A stretch of DNA of 64,000 nucleotides from Cirrosporium novae-zelandiae (lineage: Eukaryota), in contig JAPETS010000014.1 in NCBI GenBank assembly GCA_026023565.1, positions 372,001 to 436,000 of the forward strand, read 5' to 3'. The notes under the pieces were generated by a model that ran no database searches, was not told the origin of the DNA, and saw nothing but the letters and a program-made list of their open reading frames with translations. Made by a program: the position numbers and the translations under genes. Of this stretch, positions 25,721 through 37,654 are shown piece after piece. Positions within the stretch are counted from its first letter, which is position 1. Each line of letters starts with the position of its first letter.

Positions 25721-25760
25721 CTCTTGGTGTCTCCTGGTGTCTCCTGGTGTCTCCTGGTCT
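25721..25760. repeat. 10-bp tandem repeat (CTCCTGGTGT)x~4
   Basis: Directly visible upstream of the FMO gene. Confidence 0.85.
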
Positions 25761-27201
25761 ATCTCGGTCGTGCACATTGGAGGTAGGTTGCATATGCAGG
25801 CGTCTGCATATTTCCATGGGGGAAGCTCGACTAGGGATGGTTCAGGAACCCAAGGCAAGACGGTTCTCCAGACCAAGGAAAATAACTAGGTCGGTAAATT
25901 CAAGGTTTACGAATTTACAGATCGAATTTTATTTTAACCGCAGTTAACTACAATAGCATTCCTGATAATGCAGTGAAACACTGTTTATCTCTTGACATTT
26001 CATAATATAACGATACTACTGAAAGCATGTTCGATTCAAACTCTAAGGATAGTTACGTAGACTCCGTAAAGTTTGAATATTAAGCGAATATCAACCAAAG
26101 AATATCAAGAGATCATCAAGCCCAAATCAGATGAAATTTTCCTCTCGGATCTGAACGGGAAGATGAGCTCCACACACACTACTAACACTAGGGGGATTTG
26201 AAATCTTTACGTTATGGATACTGTGGTATGTTCAATTGAAATTCCTCTAATCAGATAATTAACTACTTGTTGTCCTTAGGTGGAAAGTACAGTACATTAC
26301 CGCTAAAGTACTGTACTGTACTGTACTTTACTTTCGACGTGGGGAAATGAACTAGAAATGTGATCCTTAGTTTTCAATCACAACTCATTTTGAAGACCTC
26401 CCCAAAGCTCTAAGGACAAATTAATTATAAATATATAAAAGTTGATTTGGTTTAAAGGCCTCCTTAAAATTACTTTCTGGGTTCGTGTTTGAGGTCTGGT
26501 TGCTTTCATTTCTACCTGTCAAAAGTACCGTGTATGATGATTTCTTCCCTAACTTTCGCCCGGCCATTTACCTAATTTGCGATATCGCCTATACTTTTAT
26601 AGGCCTAAACGTGGATTTCACCCGGATTTCTGACCTGGAAATGGTCCAGAACATCCAGGAACTTCTTTTCGGCTCCTGATGATCTCTACTAAACCAAGTC
26701 ATTGTTCCATGTCTTCCTCAGTTCCCCGAAACATTAGCTTTTAATCCCAACTTCTTTCTTCCTTGTCGACGTATTCCCTTGTTGATTCCCTTGCTGATAC
26801 TGATTTTTCGCTCATCAGCATTGGTCTGGAGTCTCTCCGAGAACAAATTCTCATGAACGACATGGGGTCCGTGTCGTAGCTCGGAGCACTTGGGTTGTGC
26901 ACATGAATGCTATCTTAACCATCACTCTGCATTGATCGCTCATGGCTGTTCCCTTTCCTACTTACCGTCATTCTATAGCACTAATTCGTTTCATCTCTCC
27001 TTATCCATGATATTGTCATCATGGCAGGATCTTTTAGTATCCGCGACGTTCATTTACATGCATAAAACTGCTTCTGATACCACTTTTTGACCTCTGTCTA
27101 CACTTGGTCTATTTCCTCTCTATGTTGGCCTCGGTTACTCCACTCCACTCCACTCCGCTCATTTTTAGATATAGAATTACTTTCCTTGGGTTGTTTTTGT
27201 G

Positions 27202-28831
27202 ATGAGCGACTTCACAGTTGAAGCCTTCACCCTCTTGGGTGTAGGCATCTGCATAATTTTCTTACGAACAGCAGCACGGTTAACCATGGTAGGCATCCGC
27301 AACTTTCACTTGGATGACTATATGATGCTCGTAGCATTGGTGAGAGAACCGATACCCTCCTAGCTACGTAAGGTGCACTCTAACCACTCTTAGGTGGTTT
27401 ACTCCCTTGAGACTGCATGTGCTTATTCAGTTGGTGCTATATATTTTGGGGTTGCGAACAATGGTATGACAGACGAGGAGCGTGCGAGTCTGGACCCGGA
27501 CTCCCATGAATATTACCTCCGGGTCGGAGGCTCGAAAGTACAATTAATCGGCTGGTCGTTATATACCTTACTTTTATGGACCTTGAAATTATGTATGAAC
27601 ACGTTCTATTCTCGACTAACGTGAGCTTCCCACTTGGCTTTCATGTTTGAAAACCACCCCCGCTGATACCAAGATTTAGGGATGGTCTGGACAACGTTGA
27701 CGTTCGAGTGAACATCGGTTATGTTTTCATTGGGGTTACTTACGTTGCAACTGTTCTCTCCATTCATTTGGGCTGCAGACCTTATCACAAGAATTGGCAA
27801 ATCAACCCTGATCCTGGGAGTATGCTTGAACATCCTCTTTCCCCACCCTATCCTTTCTTTTCACACGTGTGCATTTAATTTATGAAATATATAATTAATT
27901 AGTACCTTAGACTACTGCCAACCGGCTATCTCGAAAATCGACTGCTACGTCACCTTGTTCCTGAATGTTTTCACGGACCTATACCTCATGTCCATTCCAT
28001 TGCCTGTAAGCCCAAATCCTTTGCTAATAATTTCAGCCGGAAGACTTCAGGTCTAATTAAACGTGGATATTAGATCTTATGGAAATCACAAATGCCTCGG
28101 CGAAAGAAATATCTCCTCTTGGTCATGTTTAGTGGTGGTATATTTGTCACAATGGCCGGCTGCCTGCGCTGTGCGCTTATTCTAACCGTATGCCCTCATC
28201 ACCAATCCCATATTTCCAAACGACCAATTTACTAATCGACCCTCGTTTCCTCTAGAATCCAGTCACGGGTGCCGAAAAAGCCGGAAGCTGGGCGTGCCGC
28301 GAAACCTTCGTCGCCGTCGTCATCGGCAACGTGCCCATGATCTATCCCATGTTCCGACGATGGATGACACGCCTCGGAGCCACCTCCGTATTCTCAAGCT
28401 ACCTATCCGCATCGCGCGGGCACAAGCTTTCCGGCGACAGCCCCAGCACCCTTGTCGGCCAAAACGAATCAAGCAAAAACAACAGCTCGCGACAGAAGAA
28501 GAAGAAGTTCCGGCATCCGCTCTCGATTCCCATGACGGGCATGACGGGCTTGACCAGAACGGGCAGTGAGGAGATGATTGTTGTCGAGTCTACGATGACG
28601 GGAGAGACGATCGAGGAGGAGGGGAGGAAGAGCTCCCAAAAGGATGGAAGCTCCTCCTCTAGGAAGGAGAGCGACAGCATCAAGGACGGGATTCATGTTA
28701 GCAAGGAGGCTCAGGTTTCGGTTCGCAAACGATCGGATACCCCGCCCAGTGATGAGATGTATCATAATTATCCGTATACGCATGCGACGGGTCCAGGGTA
28801 CAATGTGCATATCGGGCAGAATAATACATAA
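27202..28831 (+). CDS. PTH11-like (rhodopsin-domain) integral membrane protein without CFEM; ~5 introns
   Basis: EAFTLLGVG..FLRTAARL..DDYMM, LLWTLKLCM..FYSRL, GCRPYHKNWQINPDPG, LNVFTDLYLMSIPLP, FSGGIFV, WACRETFVAVVIGNVPMIYP. Confidence 0.85.
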
Positions 28832-29472
28832 CATGGGAGTTCTTTGTGTGTGATATCTATCGCTCGCTTGATACATATAGTACGATGGATGAATGGAATG
28901 GTATTGGAGAAAAGAATATCAAGGAAATGTTAGCTAGCTAAGCTGCTTGTTCGATGGGTGGGTGCATGCCCCATCCATTAAATAATTTCTAGACTTATAT
29001 TAGGCCCTCTCTTTTTAATGTCTAGAAAAAATTTAATTGTATATATTATTTCAAAAGCAGAACGGTTCGATCCAGGTTATTGGTAGATATTAAGGCAGTT
29101 TCATAGTAAAGAGATCAGGGATGTAATTAATGATGAACGTGTAATGACTAAGGCGGAGTGAATTAAAGTCTATGTAACGCGCGCTACCAGGCACCAGCCA
29201 CCCGCCTCTATCACTGTAGCCATTTGTTCACTATCATCCTTTCCCCTGTTCATTCATCCCTTACTCAATTCATCTATTTGCGCTCATTCAACTATCGCTA
29301 TCTTGCAGTATTGTCGCGCGTTCAATGCTAGCTATCGCGTCGCGCTGCCTAAGGTTCCTAGTCGCTTCGTAGCTACCACCCCCTCGCGCTTTCTCCTTAG
29401 AATCGAATCAACAACTTCGCCTCGAGCACCCATTTATCTACGTCGCATTCAACAACTATATAATTCGCCATC

Positions 29473-31265
29473 ATGCCGCGTCCAACCGATCTGCCTGACA
29501 AACTTAATCCACTACTTCAACCAAAGAACACCCCTCAATGTGTGTTTTTCCACTGCTCAAAAGTACACTACTTCGTTTGCCACGTTGACTAACTTGCCGC
29601 TTAGATGGACTCCTTCTCGAACGTCGTCGCCTTGGTCAAACCCGTCTTACTGTCAAACCTGGACAAGTAGGAACATCAAATGCTACGAAACCGGAAAATC
29701 TTGGGGTTTTTGACTATGCGCACCTTCGCGCGCCACTCCCAAGGGATCTCAAAGGCTCTGAGATATTTCCCGTGAGCCAGAACATCCCCGAGTCCTATTT
29801 CCTAATGGTATGCTGTTTGCCATTTTAGATCCTTTACGTGAAAATTAGTTGGACATGAAATTGATAATTCTGGTTTATATAGAGACGCAGCAGTGATGGC
29901 TATATCAGTGCGACGGGCATGTTCAAAGCTGCCTTTCCTTGGGCCATGCAGGCCGAAGAGGAGGCTGAACGCGATTATGTGAAATCTCTTCCAACTACCA
30001 GTCAAGACGAAATTGCAGGCAACGTCTGGATTGCACCCGAGTCAGGTATCTTACATCTGTTCTTAAGGATATCTAAATAAGTCCATCGTCAAATGATGCT
30101 AATTTTCAATAGCTCTCAAGTTGGCGCAAGAATACGGTATTGAAACATGGATCAGGGCACTTCTCGATCCAGAACCCATTAGCAATAGTGCTGATAAGAA
30201 AACTATTTCTTCTCCCCCTAAATTCTCACGACCTTCGCCAGACTCCGCTTTAGACCTACCACCACCGAGTGCGAATCGAGGCAGCACTCCCACTATGGCT
30301 GCACGTCGTGGTCGTCCGCGGGGATCCTCCCCAATGAAGTCCTCGCCACGAAAACCCCGGCAAACAAAAGCTATGCGAGAAGCCAATTTGAGGGCAACAC
30401 AGGCAGCGAACGAGGCATTACAGTCTGCACTAGACAATGCTGCAGCATCTGTTGCGGATTCTGAGAGTGTAATCAGTGATTTTTTCAAGGAGGAGGCTGA
30501 GCCATCAAAAGAACAATTAGAAGGCAAGCCAAAGGAAAAGAAGTCGAGCAAGCGCGGTAGGAAAGCCAAGTCAAAAGTTATAGCAAAGGTCGAGGAAGAG
30601 GAACACTCTGAAGCTGAAGCTACTCAAGTACCTCCAGAGGCAATTGAAACGACTGAAACGATCGAAACAACTGAAGTGACCGAGGCGACCGAGGTTGTGA
30701 AAGGACAAGATGAAGTGGAAGATGAAGAACCGGAGAAGGTGGCCAAAGTCACTGTGGCTGTCGACAGTTCCGTTGATCTCAGGACGGAAACGGAAACCGA
30801 GACCACACAGGTCACTATTGAGGTGCCAGATAGCGCTCCCAATATGCCTACCCCCGAAGATACTAAGGCTATGATTGAGGAGGCCAAGAGGATGGTCGAG
30901 GAGGCAAGAGCTCTTGAAGCTGAAAAGCAACCTGAAAACAAGCCCGAAGTCCCAGTTGTGGATGGAGAACCAGCTAGTGAGACAAGCAAAGGACGGAAGA
31001 GAAAGGTAGAGGAGATTAGTAAAGGCGAAGAAGACGAAGTCGAGGATGTAGATGCAGAACTACCAGCACAACCAGTCAAGAAGGCCAGGGTACTAGAGGA
31101 AAGACTAAAAAGGGAAAGGGTCAGAAACAGAGCCTTGATTGGGGTTGCGTTCACATTTGCTGTTGGGTAAGTCATTATCTCCTGGGTTCTTTTTTTTTGG
31201 AAAACTTAGAACAAACAACTGACATGAAATAAATATTTAGGGCTGCTCTTCCCTATTTCTTCTAA
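29473..31265 (+). CDS. bqt4: APSES/KilA-N domain inner-nuclear-membrane protein, Bqt4-like; 4 introns
   Basis: [72 protein letters not shown], an acidic linker, and a C-terminal TM helix [20 protein letters not shown]. Confidence 0.8.
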
Positions 31266-32612
31266 TCTTACAAGCGACTTTAGTTCACTTAATGCGTGCT
31301 CCTATTATCTAATTCGCCATCACCTATGAAATTCCGCCGAACATTAGGATACTAATACCGCCCAGCCAATGACTTGGTCCGTATGCATATATACCCCACC
31401 GATCGAGACAAGAGTCGCATCTCAAACATACCAGTACGCTGGTTGGTCGCTGTTGGAATAATTTCAACCCACCGTTATTTGCATTTAATTCCTTCACCTC
31501 CATCCCATGTCCTATAATTAAGGTCACCCAATACCCATTCACTCTGGCGTTTTATTCTTCAAGTTCAGCAGCACGGCGGGGATCTAACTCGGTTATGTTT
31601 AGCTTATTTTTCTCTACCAATTACTTTGGGATAGTAGGTGGTCATCGTCTCCCTTTTTTTTTCCTTTCGTTTCCTTTTATGTTGGCTTTCCTCTTTGAAG
31701 GCTTGGCCTCTATGCTTTAGTATATTTCAAACTTTCGTTCTTTCGTGTTATTTTAGGCTTATGTTTTTGGGGTCGGGATATATTCAGGCTTCAGGACTCA
31801 GGGAGTGATGCTGGGTGGGTGGGCAGGAATCCTTTGATGTTCACACAAACGCGCACAAACACATCATCTTTTTTTACTAGGGATGAAGGTAGCGATGTTG
31901 CATATTCGGGCGATGAAGACGAAAGCATGAGGGTGAAAATGAGTGGTGATGGGATGAGAAGGCGGAAGTAGGTGGATGATATCACAAGCTCACAACAACA
32001 GTAACAAATAAAAATAAATTCAAACGGATGTATGAATGTGTATAATGTAGTAAGGAAAGGAGGCCTTTGGCTCGTGGTTAATTCTGACGTTGTCTTGTGT
32101 AAGATAGATTAACGATAGGTAGCTGTTAGTGGTGGGTATATATTTGCTGAGGTCTTCTTTTGTATGTGTACGAAAAAATAGTTGAGGTAAATCTGCGATG
32201 TATCTAGGTGAGGATAGGAAAGGTGGGGGAATCAAGGACGAAGGGCTAATGATTGAATATAATACAAATAAGTTATACATAACTTATATAAAGATGCTCG
32301 CTGGTATCGATTAAGGGTTAATTGTGGCATCGTCCATTAATATCAGATAGAGACTGCATGACCTTTCTTACTGAGGGGTCGAACCCTTGGTTCGAGTACT
32401 GTTGCTGCATATGATAGTTCAAGTTTATAAGCCTTTGCTGTGTTGGCCTCTGGCCTGATATGCACAAGTCAAGGAATAGAGATCGAGGATAGCTATAATC
32501 CATCTGGAGTAGAATGCCGTTACAGTCACTAGGACCGTACTGTACACGAGGGTTCCTGCCCTAATATGGTCTGTGCGCCACACCTTATCGAGGCCTCTGC
32601 TAAGCTCTGCTC

Positions 32613-32685
32613 CAGTGTTGTCGATGGACCAGACCGACCAGACCGACCCCCTTGGTCTGGTCGGTCTGGTCCATCGACAACACTG
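32613..32685. repeat. Perfect 32-bp inverted repeat with 9-nt loop
   Basis: CAGTGTTGTCGATGGACCAGACCGACCAGACC (32613-32644) / GACCCCCTT / exact reverse complement (32654-32685). Confidence 0.95.
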
Positions 32686-34390
32686 TTTATTACATATCCA
32701 TACATGAAGGGGTATGTAGATGTAGATGTGTTTGGGGGAGGAGGGGGGGATGGGGACGAGGCGAAGGGGGAGGGGGGGAACTTGTGTAACATACATGTAC
32801 AGTAGCGTTTGTGAATTGGTCGAGTCACTGCCCTATTATACTCTTAGACCCTCATGAACCGTAGACCTTAATTAAACCAATTAAACAAATGCCAAAATAT
32901 ATAAAAAGGAACAAAGCCTAAATGTATATCAAAAAAACGAAGTTGAAATATTGTAGTATAAAAAAAATTCTTTTATCTATTTAGTAAATTTATAAAGTTA
33001 TTCTTTAAGTGAGTGAGTAAGTGAGTGAGTGAGTACTTTGATAGATAGAGGAGCTAGGAAAGAAGAAGGGAGGTTAACAAATACGGTCCGTTATTGTTGA
33101 CCTCGTGGGTTAGGTTGGGTTAGGTGTTCTATGAATGAATGAACGAATGGATAGCTGAAGCTTCCTCTACAAAAAAACAAAAACATTGAATATTAGTCTA
33201 TCCAACAAACAATTAGTTTTTTTTTTGATTCTCTATCAATCTCTTTGATTTGGTTTTGACCATAACAACCACCCGTCACGAAGCAAATCCACTAATTTAT
33301 AACATACATACGAAGGAAGAATTCTCTTGAAGTTTTGGAAGTATTTCTTGGAAGAAGTAAAATATCCCCAAACCTATAAATCTAGGAATGTTGAGGTATT
33401 GAAATATTGAGTTATATCGAAAGGTTAAAAAGGTTAAAAGGTTATTACGGTAAAGAAGTAAGGTAAGGTAAGGTAACCTAGTATTACGTATATAGGTATA
33501 TAGGTATAATGCTCTGCATAACTTGAACAAGCAAAGACCCGAATTCCATGTCCATGTCCATGTCCATATACCATAATTAGACCAGAACAACACACGACAA
33601 CAACAACAGCAACCCAAACCCCGTTTCTAAATACCTAAATAAAATAACCATACCAGCATACTAGATACCACTATCAGATGGCAAGTAATACAAAAACACA
33701 AAAAAAAAAAACCCCTCCCTGATTCCCCCAACCCCATCTTCTTATAAAGAATCCTCACTACTACTCACTATGACGTGTCCCCCCCCCCCCGGGAATAGCT
33801 ATCTAACTATCTATCTATATAATTAGAGTAGAGTATAAGTAATTAGTTCTAGAATATTTAATATCTAATATTTCTAATTCACATTAATTAAATTAAAGGA
33901 TTTTTGCTTTGTAACTTGTACAGTACTTGGAGGCCTTGGTGGTTCATTATATAGAGATATAGATATATATATAGGGAATAGGGCATAGTCTAGAGCTTTA
34001 GATTTGGATTTTGTTGGTTAGTTTTGGTTTAGGTTAATAGGGTGGAATAGCTACTAAGGGTAAGCAATTTTGTGGGTTGTGTTTTGTTTTGTTTTTGGGA
34101 GTTAGTGGTTGGTTGGTTGTGGGCTGAGTTCCTTGTGCAATTTTTTTGGGGGGGGGTTGGCAGAGATTAAATGCGTGTGGGTGTGTTTATTTAAATGGGT
34201 TTGGGATTTGATTAATGGGGATGGGGGAATGGTGGGGTGGTGGAATGGGGTTGAGTTTGGTATAATGTATGTGTTTATGCATGAATTGTAGTAGCTAGGC
34301 TAACTAATTAACTAGTTAACCTTCCCAACTATATAAACGCAATAATATATTATAAGATGCACATCTTTCTCCCTCTCCTCTCCCTCTCTC

Positions 34391-36141
34391 TCAAACCGTC
34401 CCTGCTACCACCTCATTCTTGTCCCCAGTAGCATTAGTAGCAGAGACATCAACATGCGTCACACTAGGGGCCATTTTCTCATCAATGGAAGCGAGATCCC
34501 CCGGTAGGGCTCCTAGAGCACGTTCACCAAATAGCAAATCTATTTCCTCGAGGGATTTCCCTTTAGTTTCTTTGAACCAGAAGTAGATCAGCGGCATCGA
34601 AACAAAAATATTCCAGGCGACAAAAATAAAATAAAACTTCCAGGTGATTTTTCCCAAAGCAATTGGGGAGACCTCGTTCCAGAGGGTCGCGACGGCCCAG
34701 TTTCCAACCCCCGTGGCGAATGCATTGCCGCGGCCACGGATCTGCATGGGCATGACTTCGGCCATGTAGACCCAGGAGACGGGACCGTAGCTCCAGGAGT
34801 AGAGGACGGTGACGCAGAAGAGGAAGAAGACACCACCAATGGAGTAGCTGGTGCGGGTGCCATCTGTGTTTTGGGAATTTATAGCTGCTTCGCAGATCAG
34901 GGCGATGGAGATGGTGATCGTGCCGAACATGAGGGGCTTGCGGCGGCCGATTTTGTCGACAAACCAGATAATAAATATTAGGTTGGCGATGGGGCCTAGA
35001 CAGTTGTATATTCCAGCAACGAGGATGTCGCGGCCGCCCGTTATTCCGAGGGCTCTGTACATAATTGTCTAGGAAGGGGGTATTAGGTTTGCTTTTGGAC
35101 AAATAGGGGGGGATTAGGGTGAATGCTTACCTGATAGTAGCCGATAACGTTGATACCGGTCATCTGGGTACAAACTTGAACCATGGTTCCTTGCAGCAAA
35201 CGATTCCTCCACTGAGGAACCTTGAACATGATGAGCCATCCCGGAGCCGTGACGGACTTTTCGGCATTAATCGTGGTCTTGATCTCAAGGAATTGAGCCT
35301 GGATCTCATCTTCGTTATGCCCATTGTCCATGAGTCTGTGAAGCACCTTGAGCGCTTCCTCTTCGCGGTCGGTATCGATTAGATATCGTGGTGATTCAGG
35401 AAGGATGAATAACCCAAGTAGAAGGATTAGAGCTGGAAGAGCTTGGAAAGCTAGAGGGAATCTCCACTGGAAAGTCGACCAGTCGGGAGCATGCAAGGAG
35501 CCGTAGCCAACCCATGTGGAAACGATAAAGCCGACACCTATCATCTGTTGCGTAAGACCGACGATGAGACCACGAATTGCGGCTGTTAAAAATCAATATA
35601 TATTGAGGATATAATATTTGGAGCATGATTCACTCACGATGTGCCGTCTCTGCTTGGTACACAGGAACTGACCTTCTCGATATTAGTGAGGGAATAGAAA
35701 TATTGGGATAAAAACACCATACATGGATAGCAATCCAACAGCCCAGCCAGCAATGATACGGCCAGCAAGCATCATGCCAAGGTTCTGAGCAGCACCTTGT
35801 AGAATAGTCCCGATAACACTGATAGCAGCCCCCATTTGGATGGTTCTTTTTCGACCAAATCTATCCATTGTGAGACCTCCTTGTAAAGCACCTATGCAGG
35901 CACCACCCGAGAAGGTGGCATTGATAGCCCCAACAATGGCAGTCTCTGCATTGGTGTTGAAATAGTTTAGGAAGTTGGGTGAAGCAATAACATCGGTCAT
36001 GACACCGGAATCGTAACCAAACAGGAACGATCTGTTGTCAAAGTCAGGATCTTCTATATGAGAGCTTGATAAAAAATAATGGACGATTGCTCACCCTGTG
36101 GCTGCGAAGGTGGCCAACGCAATGTTGTAGGCTTTCCCCAT
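34391..36141 (-). CDS. MFS sugar porter; 4 introns
   Basis: SFLFGYDSGVMT, DRFGRK, VPVYQAE, WRFPLAFQ, PESPRYL, QMTGINVIGYY, DKIGRRK, GPVSWVYMAEV, ETKGKSLEEID. Confidence 0.92.
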
Positions 36142-36508
36142 GTTGATAGAATATAGGGCCAAACAACTAGGTCTACCCTACGGGATTCTGGTCGAGCAAT
36201 ATGGCGGGCTTCGATGAACGAACAAGGAGATAAAGAGGAGCCATGTTCCATCTTATAGTAAACAATATAGCCCAGGGTCACAGGTGTTCATCTAGTTGTT
36301 CCGTAGAGCAGGATTGACTAGTGTTAGTTACCGGTGGGAGTATACAACCTGACTCCGAACTTGATATGGTCTAGCCCCTGAATTTACGGGGGAGAGAAAG
36401 GGAAAAGGGTCTCAAATGCGGAGGAGAGGATTTAGTCCTTGGAGCTATCATGCAGTCATCAGTCTAGTAGGGGCTTCAATCATGTTTAGATACAAGCAAG
36501 GACTTGGG

Positions 36509-37202
36509 TTTAGCCGGGGAAATTTGTCCGTGGTTAGATTTCAACCCCTAGTTGAGTGATAGACCTGTCTGATAGATGAAAAGGATCTGACTATGAAAAT
36601 GAATACGAACAAATCAAGATGTGACATATCACATGGTTCGTAGTAGCGGTAGACGTCCCGACTTTCCATTATCTTGGTATGAATGATTGAAGTTGAAAGG
36701 CTGAGATATCATATCGTCCTAGACCGATTGAAAGAGGAGAGTCATGGTCCGTCTAAGCGCAAACGCCGTAAACGCCGACTGTGGACATTTCTAAACCAAA
36801 GTAAGAGAAAACAGCACTTTTACAGTAATTATAGTAATGGTCATGTGCATAGCAGAAATAATTGATTTAACATGACAAAAGAAGCGGTCTTGTGTCTCTA
36901 TTTTGTAGGTTGTGGAGCAGAAAGTGGTTGATTTTGGCTTCAAGCTTCTGGGGGTTTCGCCTAAGGGGCCCGCCCCCACAGGCAATGATGGAGAGGCGTG
37001 AGAGACATACCGGAATGGACTCTGACTGGGTCAACTAAGCAGTTACTAACAGGCTGTTTAACGGTTAAATATACATTGTAATAGATTAAAATGCAACAAT
37101 AGCTTTAAAATCCTCCAACAGCAATGCCCATTATTGATTGCTAGAACTCATTTGGATAATATTATAACCTACAAGTATAAACATGTGGTGGAGACGGCTA
37201 AT
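36509..37202. promoter_or_regulatory. Three XlnR/Xyr1-type CGGNTAAW motifs in the bidirectional promoter (36509-36516 minus, 37062-37069, 37195-37202)
   Basis: TTTAGCCG (= CGGCTAAA on minus), CGGTTAAA and CGGCTAAT. CreA-type SYGGRG sites are also present (e.g. GCGGAG near 36418). Confidence 0.5.
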
Positions 37203-37654
37203 AATGTCTGAGCCTTAGGCTCATCACCAGACAGCTTTCCATCCACACCATCGGTATCACTACCATCATACCACTATCTTCCTGCTCTCCACCAGATCCA
37301 CCTTTCTTGTCAATATTTTGGCTGTAAATGATGACAATAGCTGAAATATCTCACTACCAGTCATTTCAATCATACTCCAAAATACCAGGATGAGTTCGGT
37401 TCATGTCAGTCGAGCCCGGAGAAATTCCATCATCTACATCTATTTTTTAACATCTCTATCGAGTCATTGAGCTAGATCCTCTGAATTAGATTTACCAATT
37501 AAAATAGAACCTTGTATCACTTTGAAACCCTCAGCTGTTGGTACTAGAGGAAGACAGCACCTTTAAAGTCCATCCCACTTTCGTTCAATTGCTTTTTACA
37601 CGAACTACAGAACTTGATGTTTTGCTGGGTTACTAGCAACTTTAGAAATCTAAG

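Noticed and set aside
23703..28831. FMO + PTH11-like genes (and the distant tyrosinase) as a secondary-metabolite cluster
   Set aside because: No PKS, NRPS or terpene backbone gene in the window, and the genes are interspersed with housekeeping loci.
32360..32400. GGTTCGA motifs suggesting a tRNA
   Set aside because: The T-stem pairs poorly and no cloverleaf can be built.
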